From assembly GCA_963674785.1 (NCBI GenBank), contig OY771555.1, forward strand, positions 928,001 through 992,000: a DNA stretch of 64,000 bases, written 5' to 3'. The notes under the pieces were generated by a model that saw only the letters and a list, made by a program, of their open reading frames with translations, did no database searches and was not told the origin of the DNA. The position numbers were made by a program, and so were the translations under genes. This DNA is from Caldisericia bacterium. Lineage in GTDB: Bacteria > Caldisericota > Caldisericia > JAAYUI01. Positions 27,929 to 37,801 of this stretch are shown in pieces (position 1 is the stretch's first letter; each line of letters starts with the position of its first letter).

Positions 27929-28930
27929 ATGAAACTTGAAGAGCTATATAAGTTAGCAGTTGAAGTTGGAATAAAAAATGACCCCAGAGGAACAGAGGAA
28001 CCAAACAAGCTTCTTTCAAAGATGAAGAAGAAATTTGAAAAAATGGATGAAAAGGACAAGCCATTCTTTGACCAAGACAAGCTTTGGAATCCATACGCGG
28101 ACACTAGAATCCAAAATGGTCCAAACGATGCCGAGGTAAAGAAGATACTTGTTGGTGTAGACATAGACACCTCAGAGGTACTTCTTGCTGATCAGCTCAA
28201 CGAAAGAGGAGCAAAAATTGATGCTGTTGTGTCCCATCATCCAGGTGGTCAGGGATCAATTGGTTTGTCACAGTTGATGCTTATCCAGACAGGGCTTTTA
28301 CAAGCATCAGGAGTTTCAGTAAATGTCGCAGAAGACCTTGTTATCCCACGTGCTGCCGAGGTCGGAGACAGGATTTATTCTGGAAACCACTACAAAACAG
28401 CAAATGCTGCAAGACTTCTTAAAATGCCTTTGATGTCCGTCCATTCTCCTGCGGATAACTGTGTCCAGTCATATTTACAGAAAGAACTAGACAAGGAAAA
28501 ACCAGAAACCCTGGGTGACCTTGTGGATTTTATCCATACAATCCCAGAATATCATCTTGCAAGGCTCAAACAGCTTCCTGCAAAGATTGAAAATGGAAAC
28601 AGAGACAGACTCTGTGGAAAAATCAGAGTTTCAATGACCGGTGGAACAACGGGAAACATCGGAATCTACAAGGAACTCAAAGAGCAGGGTGTGGGGACAT
28701 GGGTTGTAATGCACATTCCACCAGATCATGTTACTGAGGCCAAAAAACACCATATTAATGTTGTAAACGTAGGACATATGGCGTCAGATTCTGTTGGTAT
28801 GAACTTTATCCTCGATGCGTTTGAAGCAGCAGGCGTCGAGATTGTTCCAGCATCCGGAATTATCAGGGTATCGGCAGAATACAGAAAAAACTTCAAAGCA
28901 GGAGAGACCCCTCCACCTGAGATGTACTAA
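27929..28930 (+). CDS. NIF3/YqfO-like (NGG1p-interacting factor) metal-binding protein
   Basis: NPYADTRI, VGVDID, SHHP, HSPADN and GHMASDSVG; GAGG RBS before ATG 27929; TGc-TATAAT at 27888-27896. Confidence 0.85.
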   Translation: MKLEELYKLAVEVGIKNDPRGTEEPNKLLSKMKKKFEKMDEKDKPFFDQDKLWNPYADTRIQNGPNDAEVKKILVGVDIDTSEVLLADQLNERGAKIDAVVSHHPGGQGSIGLSQLMLIQTGLLQASGVSVNVAEDLVIPRAAEVGDRIYSGNHYKTANAARLLKMPLMSVHSPADNCVQSYLQKELDKEKPETLGDLVDFIHTIPEYHLARLKQLPAKIENGNRDRLCGKIRVSMTGGTTGNIGIYKELKEQGVGTWVVMHIPPDHVTEAKKHHINVVNVGHMASDSVGMNFILDAFEAAGVEIVPASGIIRVSAEYRKNFKAGETPPPEMY

Positions 28931-28950
28931 AGGTATTTGTTAGAATACAT

Positions 28951-28976
28951 AAATCCCCACAATTTTGTGGGGATTT
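28951..28976. terminator. Bidirectional intrinsic terminator
   Basis: AAATCCCCACAA-tt-TTGTGGGGATTT. Confidence 0.75.
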
Positions 28977-28977
28977 A

Positions 28978-29250
28978 CTATTTTTCCGGATTATCAAGTC
29001 TTTGTCCGATCTTTTTGATTTGAAAGCTAAGTATTGTTATCACCACACACAAAATCCCTAAACTCATCGTTAAAACACCCATCGGCACATTGGAAATAGT
29101 CTATTTTCCTATAATCTCTGTTTCGTGAATCAATCTTTCTCGAAACACTCTATGTTCATCATCTGCTCTATGTTTTCTTTCAAAACCCGCCTGCAAAAAA
29201 GCTAACAACACAACAATTATACAACCAGTAAGTATAACTGAATACCACAT
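28978..29250 (-). pseudogene. Small 2-TM protein gene interrupted by an in-frame TAG (or a 49-aa ORF 29101-29250)
   Basis: GGAGG RBS; reads MWYSVILTGCIIVVLLAFL...IIGK*TISNVPMGVLTMSLGILCVVITILSFQIKK...NPEK*. Confidence 0.5.
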
Positions 29251-29327
29251 ACTTTCCTCCGTTATCAAACTATACTAACTATCAGAACGCTTCAGATAGT
29301 TGATAATGGATGCATCCATCAAATCTA

Positions 29328-32306
29328 TTATGGCTGGCTGATTGTGATTGTTGCAGATCGGGTCAATGAATCCCAACCAACCTCTGCTCCCAGCGCCTCT
29401 GTTACGAATCGGAGTGGAACATATGTTCTTCCCTCTCGAATCATCGGACCTGCGTCAAGTTCAACCATCTTGCCATCGACGTCTGCAATCTTAGACCCAA
29501 TTGTGAGAATTATGATTTTTCCACCCATGATGTATGAAACGGTTTCAACTCCACCATCCTCTCCAGTCGTGTATCCAACCTCGGCACCAATTGATTCACC
29601 CAGAAATCTGAAAGGAACCATTGAGCGACCAGCAGAGCTTACAAATGGAGTTCCCTTGCAATCCATCTCGATTCCATTGACTTTTGCTGTTGCTTTACCG
29701 ATTGTAAAGACTACAACTGTTTTTTCTGGTCTGAGGTCAGCTTTTACTGTTAAACTCTTGCCTTTCTCACCATCACGTTCGGGATAGACCTCATATTTAT
29801 TCAACCCATTTCGAACAAACTCGGAGTCGATATAATAGGTATCTTTTACTTTTGCAATCTCAACACCATTTCTCAAAATGATGTAATGTGTTCCTTCTTG
29901 TTTTCCTTGCCAATAGAGCATGATTGAGTTTTCGGCGACATCTGTTTTTAGTTCAGTTATTTCAACTATCGGTGGTGCAAGATTAACAACAATTTGGGTT
30001 GCTTCGCTTTCCACTCCTCCTATTTTTGCTGTGATACTGTATGCCAATTTTTGTTTTGGGGCTGAGTTATCTTTGTAGTATTTTTCAGTCGTTTCCTCTA
30101 AAAATTCATCATTTCTGCTAATTTCATATGTAGCATTATCATCATGATCCCAGATGAGCATCACAGAATCCCCAATCATCTCATATCTGAGATTGGTTAC
30201 AGGGTTTACCTTGTCTGGTTTGTTTTCAAAGATCACAAACGCCTCAGGACCGATTTCATCACCATTAAGTGGAAATACCTTATAAATGAGTTGTGTCCTT
30301 GGTGGATTTTCGTGGGTATATGTTTTTTCAGATGTCTTGCCAGTTTCTTCCCCATTGCACTCAATCTTGAATTCAACATCCTGCTCAGATTCCCAAGTAA
30401 GAATTATGTCACCGTCTTTTTTCTCTGCCTTCAAGTTTGTAACAGCCTTGAGTTTGAGTGGGATTGTGATGCTTACAGGATCGCTCATATCCGAATAAAG
30501 TTGATCTTTTGCAATTGCGACAACTGCGTAGTTATATGTTTTCCCCGGTTCAACATCAGAGTCCTTCAGATTTGTTTCCTTTACCATTGATTTATTCATC
30601 TCGGTATTTGGGAGAGGGGTATCCTGACCAATGCTTTTAAAGACATTGTAGCCAACAGTTTCAGCACCTTCTTCGGATTTTTTCCAGTTGAGTTCAACAT
30701 GGTCATAAACCCAAACGGCAGTCAAATCTGTTGGTGGATTTGGTGGTTCAGGCTGAGGTTCTTCTGGTTCCTCCTCTGTCACGGTTATGTTTGCAGTTAC
30801 AAACCCAAGTGTTCTGTGTCCGTATTCTCCGTCCATGATAAAGATTTCCAGTTGACCTGAGTAATTTCCTGGTCTGTTGTTTCCTGCTTTTATTTTCACT
30901 CTGATTGTTGTTTCTTCCCCTGCAGGGAGAGGCAACACTTCAACTGTTGGTTCCATAAGGGATCCGCCGTCAAAGAGAAGCTCAAGGTCAACCTTACCTT
31001 CATTGCTTAGTCTGACCTGTCTTGTGGTTTCACCTCTCCATGGGATGCTCACGTTGAAACTTTTGTCTTTGATGAGAAGCTTTGGTTCCTGATCTTTCGG
31101 CCTTGGTTGTTTTCCATAACAAAAAACCGTTCTGGTTCGATATTTTTCGTTGCTTCCAAACTCGACAAACATTCGTTTCCAAGCAACTACCGGTTGATAT
31201 ACATACTCAGCCTCTTCACCAAAAAGAACCTTGTCGATTATCTCACCAGTATCGGGTGAAACGATGTATACACCAGCAATTTCAGCATCTGAACTGGCAA
31301 CTGGAACAAGCAATTTATCATCCATCACAGTTAAGGCATCAGTGACCTTTCCAGGCATATCTACATCCCAGATGATGTCACCATTTATCTTGAATCTGAC
31401 AAGGCGCCCTCTGTCATTTCCAATCACAAGGCTGTCCCCATAAACAGATGGCCCGTGGAAACACCATGAACCTACATCAATTATCTCTTCAGAGCTTGCA
31501 CCAGCTGGTTTTGGTAATGCGATAATCTCACCACCTGCAGCTGTATAGATCATGTATTTATCAAAAGCAACGGTCGGTGCCCAGAATTGAGTTGAGATTT
31601 CATATGATTCTTTGATTCCACCATATCCTTCTGCAAGAAGTTTCAGATCATAGTGACCAGCCATCCCGACCGTGCTTGCAACATCATTTACACCGGGGGC
31701 TGCAACTACTGCTCTTTCATGTCCGATTCTCCAGCCTGATTTTGGGGTGTCGAGTCTTACTCTATGTACCGCACCTGTTTGTGAGTAGGAGGAAAAATAT
31801 CCGTAGATTTCTTCGTTTTTTAGGAGTGCTGCAACAGAAGACATGTGGCTGTCCCCGCTTGATGCGTACCATACAATCTCACCTGTTGCCATGGATAGAG
31901 CAAGATATCTTGATTGAAGGGGTACTATGACAGTATCGCCAAGGATCGTGCAAGATTCTGTGCAAGCCTCAGAAAGTTCAAGACTCCACATCTGACTTCC
32001 AGAGATAACATCGATACATCTGACATAATATGTATCACCGATGACCATCATTCCGTTTCCGATGACAGGATTTCTGTTCCATCCCCTGTTGGTTTTCAGT
32101 TTCAGCTCCCAGGCGACATCATGATAGGTTTCGTAGTCCCAGGTATCAAAGGAATTTGAGGTGTGAGCGGCATTGCAGGCGTACTGTGGCCATGGTTTGG
32201 GGATATTCTCTTCACCAAATATTATCTCATCATCGGCAGAAACTGGGTTTAAAAACCCGCCTATGGCAAGGAACAGAACAAGAGCAATTCTAACTAAAGA
32301 TTTCAT
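29328..32306 (-). CDS. Secreted PQQ-like (BamB-type) beta-propeller + Ig/FN3 repeats + copper amine oxidase N-terminal domain
   Basis: Signal peptide, WPQYACNAAHT propeller start, FN3 motifs (PPTDL...VELNW...GYNV...YNYAV), C-terminal GRSMVPFRF / GRTYVPLRF; AGGAGG RBS. Confidence 0.85.
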   Translation of the reverse strand: MKSLVRIALVLFLAIGGFLNPVSADDEIIFGEENIPKPWPQYACNAAHTSNSFDTWDYETYHDVAWELKLKTNRGWNRNPVIGNGMMVIGDTYYVRCIDVISGSQMWSLELSEACTESCTILGDTVIVPLQSRYLALSMATGEIVWYASSGDSHMSSVAALLKNEEIYGYFSSYSQTGAVHRVRLDTPKSGWRIGHERAVVAAPGVNDVASTVGMAGHYDLKLLAEGYGGIKESYEISTQFWAPTVAFDKYMIYTAAGGEIIALPKPAGASSEEIIDVGSWCFHGPSVYGDSLVIGNDRGRLVRFKINGDIIWDVDMPGKVTDALTVMDDKLLVPVASSDAEIAGVYIVSPDTGEIIDKVLFGEEAEYVYQPVVAWKRMFVEFGSNEKYRTRTVFCYGKQPRPKDQEPKLLIKDKSFNVSIPWRGETTRQVRLSNEGKVDLELLFDGGSLMEPTVEVLPLPAGEETTIRVKIKAGNNRPGNYSGQLEIFIMDGEYGHRTLGFVTANITVTEEEPEEPQPEPPNPPTDLTAVWVYDHVELNWKKSEEGAETVGYNVFKSIGQDTPLPNTEMNKSMVKETNLKDSDVEPGKTYNYAVVAIAKDQLYSDMSDPVSITIPLKLKAVTNLKAEKKDGDIILTWESEQDVEFKIECNGEETGKTSEKTYTHENPPRTQLIYKVFPLNGDEIGPEAFVIFENKPDKVNPVTNLRYEMIGDSVMLIWDHDDNATYEISRNDEFLEETTEKYYKDNSAPKQKLAYSITAKIGGVESEATQIVVNLAPPIVEITELKTDVAENSIMLYWQGKQEGTHYIILRNGVEIAKVKDTYYIDSEFVRNGLNKYEVYPERDGEKGKSLTVKADLRPEKTVVVFTIGKATAKVNGIEMDCKGTPFVSSAGRSMVPFRFLGESIGAEVGYTTGEDGGVETVSYIMGGKIIILTIGSKIADVDGKMVELDAGPMIREGRTYVPLRFVTEALGAEVGWDSLTRSATITISQP

Positions 32307-32499
32307 TAGCTCCTCCTTTATCATCAAATAAAGTATAACGGCAAATGATGTTCAAGTGAAGCGGACGCCTTTTTGCGGTTATGTGTTAATAGAATGATGA
32401 AGTAAGAATCGATATGATTGATGTGTTAAACTTTGAATAATGACAACGAGTGCTGTAATGGAATCAAGAATGCTTATGTTTGGTGGAGGAAAGTAATAA

Positions 32500-33732
32500 A
32501 TGAAGAACTTATTAAAATATTGGATAGGTATTATAGTGATAGGGGTTGTGATCATTTTGATCTCTACCATTTTTTTGTTGAAGCAGAGTAGAACCGAACA
32601 TTTTTTGGAGTATACCAAATTAGATACTCTGACAATTGAAGGTGATATGATCAATACAAAGAGTTACCAATCAACTGGTCCATATTTGTATAGCTTATCA
32701 AAAAACAATCTATATCGTTATTTTGCTGATTTGGATACTCATGAAATCTCAAAGATTGAGCTCCAATTTGATGCAGAATCTTCATATATTGAACATCAAG
32801 TTATTTCAGGAGTTAATACTGTTACTGATGTCGTATTCCTAATCGGAGAATCTGAAGGTAAAAGGTATCTTACCATTGTGCGTAGAGAAGATGACGAATC
32901 CCATGATTTCAAGATAATCAATACTTTCCCTGTGAGTGTTTCAAAGCTGGTGCATGTTTCAAGAAATATTGGTGGACACATAATCGGTGTTGAAGATGAT
33001 AACCAAACGATTGTGAAATATTCAGAAGATGGAAACGGGTTATTGAGAAAAAAACTTCCTACCCAATATATTTTCCCTGAGTATATCAGTCAATATTGTT
33101 TGTATGCATGTGGCACAAAAGATCTCATTTTTATCGACCCAGAAACTCTAGAGATAATGGACAAGTATCCACTTAAAAAAGAAGTAGAATTAAATAAGAT
33201 TATCCCCCCAAAATCTTTTATAGAAGATTTCATTGTTGATAATGAAATCTACGAAATAGTGCTTGAATGTCTCGAAAGAGAAACCAAAATTAGAAATGTT
33301 GAAAAACTATCATATTCCCCAAAAGCTTCAATATGGGGGCATAAAATCAAAAGTGAGAATTCAATTGATTATGGAGATGGCACGATAATTACTCTTGATG
33401 AAGGGTTTAAATATCTGAGATCACTGAACATCTTTGATGCACCTAGAGATGGGTTTAGGACATCTGATGTTTTCATAAAACAAAATAAACTGGATGTTCG
33501 TACAGAGATTGTTCTTATTTGTAGATTTAAAGGAATAAAAAATAAGTCGAGTTTTGTGAACTACCATATTGTAAAAGTTGAGCCATTTAACGATATAATC
33601 AACGATGTTTTCGAAGATAGATACAAAGCAGACAACATATATTTCATAGGCGAAAACAGCACTTACAAATCAATTCATCCGAAGCACTGGAAGTACATAA
33701 ACAAAGTGGAGACTGTTAAGTCAAAAAACTAA
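32500..33732 (+). CDS. Hypothetical membrane-anchored protein
   Basis: N-terminal TM anchor, GGAGG RBS, AT-rich. Confidence 0.65.
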   Translation: MKNLLKYWIGIIVIGVVIILISTIFLLKQSRTEHFLEYTKLDTLTIEGDMINTKSYQSTGPYLYSLSKNNLYRYFADLDTHEISKIELQFDAESSYIEHQVISGVNTVTDVVFLIGESEGKRYLTIVRREDDESHDFKIINTFPVSVSKLVHVSRNIGGHIIGVEDDNQTIVKYSEDGNGLLRKKLPTQYIFPEYISQYCLYACGTKDLIFIDPETLEIMDKYPLKKEVELNKIIPPKSFIEDFIVDNEIYEIVLECLERETKIRNVEKLSYSPKASIWGHKIKSENSIDYGDGTIITLDEGFKYLRSLNIFDAPRDGFRTSDVFIKQNKLDVRTEIVLICRFKGIKNKSSFVNYHIVKVEPFNDIINDVFEDRYKADNIYFIGENSTYKSIHPKHWKYINKVETVKSKN

Positions 33733-33768
33733 TAGATAATAGGTGCGTATCTAATTCGAATTATTATA

Positions 33769-33793
33769 CCAGAGTAGCTTGGAGCTACTCTGG
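33769..33793. terminator. Hairpin terminator between convergent genes
   Basis: CCAGAGTAGCT-tgg-AGCTACTCTGG. Confidence 0.7.
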
Positions 33794-33805
33794 ATTACTT
33801 ACCCA

Positions 33806-34318
33806 CTATCCCTGGCTCATCATTCCCCAAAGCTCTAATCTAATGCCATTTGGGGTTTTAAATATTCCACGAAGCATGGGTGAACCTTCCATGTCTGGTG
33901 CTGGTTTTCTTTCAAACTCAATCTCTCTTTTTTCGAGTGCTTCAGTTACTTCCTCAATGTTTTCAACCATCAGACAGAGCTTGATAGCATTTCCCGGAGT
34001 TGCAATTTTTTCCTTGCCGTCTGCTTTATAGAAACTGAAATAGAAAAACTTGTCAGGATTTGTGACAGAACAATACCCCATGTTTCCATCAGCAACAAAG
34101 GTATCAAAGCCTAAGATGTCAGTCATAAACCCAACTTCGGCTTCGAAGTCATCAACATAATACTCGATCATGTGAGTCCAACATGGGCCAAGTTTGTAGA
34201 TGAATTCATTTTCATTTGCTGGCCACTTTGTTTGCCAATCTTCGGGTGTTTTCAGACTTGCTGCGATCTCAATTCTCTTTTTTCCAAACTCTCTACATTT
34301 TTCAATTAGTTCACTCAT
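33806..34318 (-). CDS. VOC (glyoxalase/bleomycin resistance) family protein
   Basis: EYYVDDFEAEVGFMTDILG...FKTPNGIRLELW. Confidence 0.85.
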   Translation of the reverse strand: MSELIEKCREFGKKRIEIAASLKTPEDWQTKWPANENEFIYKLGPCWTHMIEYYVDDFEAEVGFMTDILGFDTFVADGNMGYCSVTNPDKFFYFSFYKADGKEKIATPGNAIKLCLMVENIEEVTEALEKREIEFERKPAPDMEGSPMLRGIFKTPNGIRLELWGMMSQG

Positions 34319-34328
34319 TATTACACTC

Positions 34329-34829
34329 CTATTCTTTCATTCCCCACAATTCAATTGGTATTTTGTTTGGTGTTTCAAGTTTGCAGACCAAAAGGGGATC
34401 ATTATTTTTTGGATAACCTTTTGGTTTATGGAAAAACTGCACTCCTCTTTCTTCAAGCTCTCTGTACTTTTTTTCAATTTCATCAATCAGGAATCCAATT
34501 GTGATCGACTCAGGTTGAGTTTGCCTCTTTATTTCTGAATCTTTCCAAAACCCAAAAAAGAAATCATTTTTTGGGTTTGATAAAACCGCATAATTCTCAC
34601 TTATTGCATTTGGGATCAAACCAAGAATATCCACAAAAAATCCAAGCTCTGCTTCAAAACTCTTTACAACATACTCAATCCAGAACGGTCTTGCGGGGTT
34701 CAGGGAAAAAGGATATTCATTTTCTGATTTCCACCAATCGATTCTATCATCGGGATTAAGCCTGTTATGAATGACAGTTTCAATTCGCTTTTTCCCGAAA
34801 TTCTCGCAGAGTTTGTTGAAATCTGACAT
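34329..34829 (-). CDS. VOC family protein
   Basis: EYVVKSFEAELGFFVDILG...ETPNKIPIELW. Confidence 0.85.
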   Translation of the reverse strand: MSDFNKLCENFGKKRIETVIHNRLNPDDRIDWWKSENEYPFSLNPARPFWIEYVVKSFEAELGFFVDILGLIPNAISENYAVLSNPKNDFFFGFWKDSEIKRQTQPESITIGFLIDEIEKKYRELEERGVQFFHKPKGYPKNNDPLLVCKLETPNKIPIELWGMKE

Positions 34830-34834
34830 ATGTT

Positions 34835-35344
34835 CTAATCCATTGTGGTGTCGCCCCAGATTTGGATCACGACTCCATTTGGACTGATTATTTTTCCTTG
34901 GTGGAATGTTGCTCCATCTTGAACTGGTTTGATTTCATCGATAAACTCAATACCTCGTTCAGTTAGAGTTTTTGCAACCTCTACAGGGTTTTTTACCCAA
35001 AACATCATTCTGAGTGCACCCTTTGGGGTCGCTGGAACCTTGTCATCCGATGCCCAGAAACCGAAAAAGAATTCATCCCCGGGTGACTTGAACATGATAT
35101 ACTCTTCATCAAATCCTTTAATTTGAAGCCCCATCATATCTGTAAAAAATCCAACCTCAGAAAGGAAATCCTCAACATAATACTCGAAATTTACATCCCA
35201 ACATCTTGAAAGGTCATTGCAAAACTCAATTGGAAACTTTGGAGTACTTGTAGCAAATTTCTGAAAATCCTCACTTGACTCGATCTTTTCAGCCTCTGCC
35301 CATCTTTTTTCTCCGAGTTCCCTGCATTTTTCTTTGAAGTCCAT
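34835..35344 (-). CDS. VOC family protein
   Basis: EYYVEDFLSEVGFFTDMMG...SPNGVVIQIW. Confidence 0.85.
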   Translation of the reverse strand: MDFKEKCRELGEKRWAEAEKIESSEDFQKFATSTPKFPIEFCNDLSRCWDVNFEYYVEDFLSEVGFFTDMMGLQIKGFDEEYIMFKSPGDEFFFGFWASDDKVPATPKGALRMMFWVKNPVEVAKTLTERGIEFIDEIKPVQDGATFHQGKIISPNGVVIQIWGDTTMD

Positions 35345-35355
35345 TTTGTTTTCTC

Positions 35356-36153
35356 CTATAGTTTTTCAATATTGAATTCATAAACTGGTTCATCTGGAAC
35401 TGTATCGAAAAAGATAATGTTCCCATCAGGGTCTTCCATTGTGGCACAATCGCCACCATTTTTGCCAGCCCTGAAATCTTTTTGGAATTCGTATCCTGCA
35501 GCCTTCATGTCGTCAACATTTTGTTTGACATCAGAACCTCTGAAATTAAGAACCCATTTCTTTTGCATGTTGATGTCACCATGTCTGAAGAGTGCAATGA
35601 TTCCGTTGTTGTGTTTGAGAATCGCCCAACCTTCTTCATCTGGGCTTCCGTCGATAAGGTCAAATCCCAGCCTAACATAGAAGTCAAGCGTTTCCTCGAA
35701 ATCCATACAATCAAGGCACATTTCGAATCTACCAAGTTTGAATCGTTTGTTTTCAGGTAGCTTTTTTATCCCAAATTTGATTTCAGGTTCATCAGCGGCT
35801 GTATTGAAATATATGACGTTTCCCTCGGGGTCGATTATCTCCATTGAAGGACTTCCATCGCACTCCTCAATATGCGCTTTTGTGTTTGTGATTATATCGT
35901 TTTTTTCGAGTTCTTTCTCAATATGGAATGGGTCCTTCCCTCTGAAGTGAAGAAGGTTTTTGTCAATGTGCCCCTGGAAAAGTCCCATTATGCAATTGCT
36001 GTGTTTCAGGATTGACCATCCCTGCTCAGGGTCACCACCGATTCTGTCAAATCCAAGCTGGTTGTAAAAATCAATTGACTCTTTTAGATTAGCGACATTC
36101 AGACAGATTTCGAATCTTCCAAGATTCAAATCAACATTTCTTTTTGAGTCCAT
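35356..36153 (-). CDS. Two-domain VOC family protein
   Basis: Internal duplication: LGRFEICL...DPEGN and LGRFEMCL...DPDGN; start at ATG 36153. Confidence 0.85.
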   Translation of the reverse strand: MDSKRNVDLNLGRFEICLNVANLKESIDFYNQLGFDRIGGDPEQGWSILKHSNCIMGLFQGHIDKNLLHFRGKDPFHIEKELEKNDIITNTKAHIEECDGSPSMEIIDPEGNVIYFNTAADEPEIKFGIKKLPENKRFKLGRFEMCLDCMDFEETLDFYVRLGFDLIDGSPDEEGWAILKHNNGIIALFRHGDINMQKKWVLNFRGSDVKQNVDDMKAAGYEFQKDFRAGKNGGDCATMEDPDGNIIFFDTVPDEPVYEFNIEKL

Positions 36154-36157
36154 TGCT

Positions 36158-36619
36158 TTATTCTTCCCAGATTCTATTTTCTGGTCTTTCTTTTGGAACT
36201 GCATAGACCTCAACAGTGTAACCCATTGGGTCACGGACAGGGAACGCCCAATATGAATCCTGACACCATATTGGATTCGGGAAAAGTAGTTGAGCTCCTT
36301 CTTCTTTTAGTTTTTTTACAACTTCAGGGAAGACATCTGTTGGAAGTTGAATCCCCCATGAAGCCTCTTCTACCTCTCCACCCTCAAAACCTGGCAGGTC
36401 TACCCATTTCTCCCTCTTTGGAAGATTTTCCTTCTCAGTTTTGAACCACATCATGCTCATTTTGTCGGCCGTCATACCACAAAAAACATTGTCTGGCATA
36501 CCAAAATCATGTTCGCCCATTCCAATGATTTCTTTGTAGAAATGCCTGATCTCATGAACATCATTACAATATAAATATAAAACGTTGATTGATGCCTTAA
36601 TTTCATTTTTTTCTTCCAT
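36158..36619 (-). CDS. VOC family protein
   Basis: INVLYLYCND...IRHFYKEIIG...DPMGYTVEV. Confidence 0.85.
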   Translation of the reverse strand: MEEKNEIKASINVLYLYCNDVHEIRHFYKEIIGMGEHDFGMPDNVFCGMTADKMSMMWFKTEKENLPKREKWVDLPGFEGGEVEEASWGIQLPTDVFPEVVKKLKEEGAQLLFPNPIWCQDSYWAFPVRDPMGYTVEVYAVPKERPENRIWEE

Positions 36620-36622
36620 GTG

Positions 36623-37078
36623 TTACTCCCATTCCTTTCTTTCAGGTGTTTTTTCAGGGACACAAAACACCTCAACTGTGTAACCCATTGGGTCGGAAAC
36701 TGGGTAAGACCAGTATGAATCAGATATAAATCTTGGTTTCTCAAAAACTGCTGGTGTTTTTTCAGCCATCAGTTTTCTTACGGTTTCTCGGAATAAATCC
36801 TCTGGATATTGAATTCCCCATGAAGCCTCTTCGATGCTACCAAAATCAGTTCCTGGAATATCTGCCCAGGGTTTTCTGAGGGGGAGTGAGACATATTCTG
36901 ATTTGGCCCACATCATTGTTATCCCGTCTGATGTCTGACCGCAATATAATTTTTCTGGGTCTCCAATTTTCTCATCACCGAGACCAATTATGTCTTTGTA
37001 GAAATGCCTTATAGAGTGAATATCGTTGCAATGAAGATAAAGCACGTTGATCGTGATTTTTGGTTTTTTTTCATCCAC
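36623..37078 (-). CDS. VOC family protein, close paralogue of 36158-36619
   Basis: INVLYLHCND...IRHFYKDIIG...DPMGYTVEV; GTG start with RBS. Confidence 0.85.
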   Translation of the reverse strand: MDEKKPKITINVLYLHCNDIHSIRHFYKDIIGLGDEKIGDPEKLYCGQTSDGITMMWAKSEYVSLPLRKPWADIPGTDFGSIEEASWGIQYPEDLFRETVRKLMAEKTPAVFEKPRFISDSYWSYPVSDPMGYTVEVFCVPEKTPERKEWE

Positions 37079-37104
37079 TTGTCACCCCTTTCAGACAATT
37101 TCCA

Positions 37105-37132
37105 ATTCTACGGAAAAAATTTGAAGTGACAA
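37105..37132 (-). promoter_or_regulatory. sigma70 promoter of the VOC operon
   Basis: TTGTCA-N16-TAGAAT. Confidence 0.55.
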
Positions 37133-37168
37133 TATGTGTATATATACTTATGCTAACTATTATTATCG

Positions 37169-37801
37169 TTACTTTGATTGGTAATCACAAAATTCAACAA
37201 TCTTGCAAATATCACAATTTGGTCTTATAGGTTTACATACTTCTTGACCAAGTCTGACAAGCAGTTCATTAGAAATAATCCAGAGGTCTTTAGGGAGAAG
37301 CTCCATCAAAGCCTTCTCTGTCTGATCGGGTGTTTTTGTGTTTACCCATCCAACTCGATTTGAAATTCTATGGACGTGTGAGTCAACAGTGATTCCTGGG
37401 ATTCCGTACCCAAGGGTCAAGACCAGATTGGCTATCTTCCTGCCAATCCCTTTGAGACTTGTTAAGTCCTTCATATTATCCGGTGTTTTGCCGTTGAATC
37501 TGCTACAAATTTCTGATGCAAGGTTTACGAGTGTTTCACCTTTTGTTTTATAAAATCCTGCAGGATAAATGATTTTTGCAACATCTTCCGGGTCGGCTTC
37601 AGAAAGCTCAGAAGTGGATTTCCACTTTTCAAAAAGCCTTATTGTTGCGGGATATGTTACCTCGTCTTTTGTTCGGGCTGAAATCACTCCAGAAACCAGA
37701 ATCCTGAATGGGTCATGCTTATTGAGCCTCTGAAAATCCATGCCGTCCCGATCTTTTGCAAGGGTTAGGATTGCCTTCTCGGCATTAGTTTTTTGAGACA
37801 T
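37169..37801 (-). CDS. nth: Endonuclease III (HhH-GPD, 4Fe-4S)
   Basis: LKGIGRKIAN HhH, VDSHVHRI, C-x6-C-x2-C-x5-C FCL motif. Confidence 0.93.
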   Translation of the reverse strand: MSQKTNAEKAILTLAKDRDGMDFQRLNKHDPFRILVSGVISARTKDEVTYPATIRLFEKWKSTSELSEADPEDVAKIIYPAGFYKTKGETLVNLASEICSRFNGKTPDNMKDLTSLKGIGRKIANLVLTLGYGIPGITVDSHVHRISNRVGWVNTKTPDQTEKALMELLPKDLWIISNELLVRLGQEVCKPIRPNCDICKIVEFCDYQSK

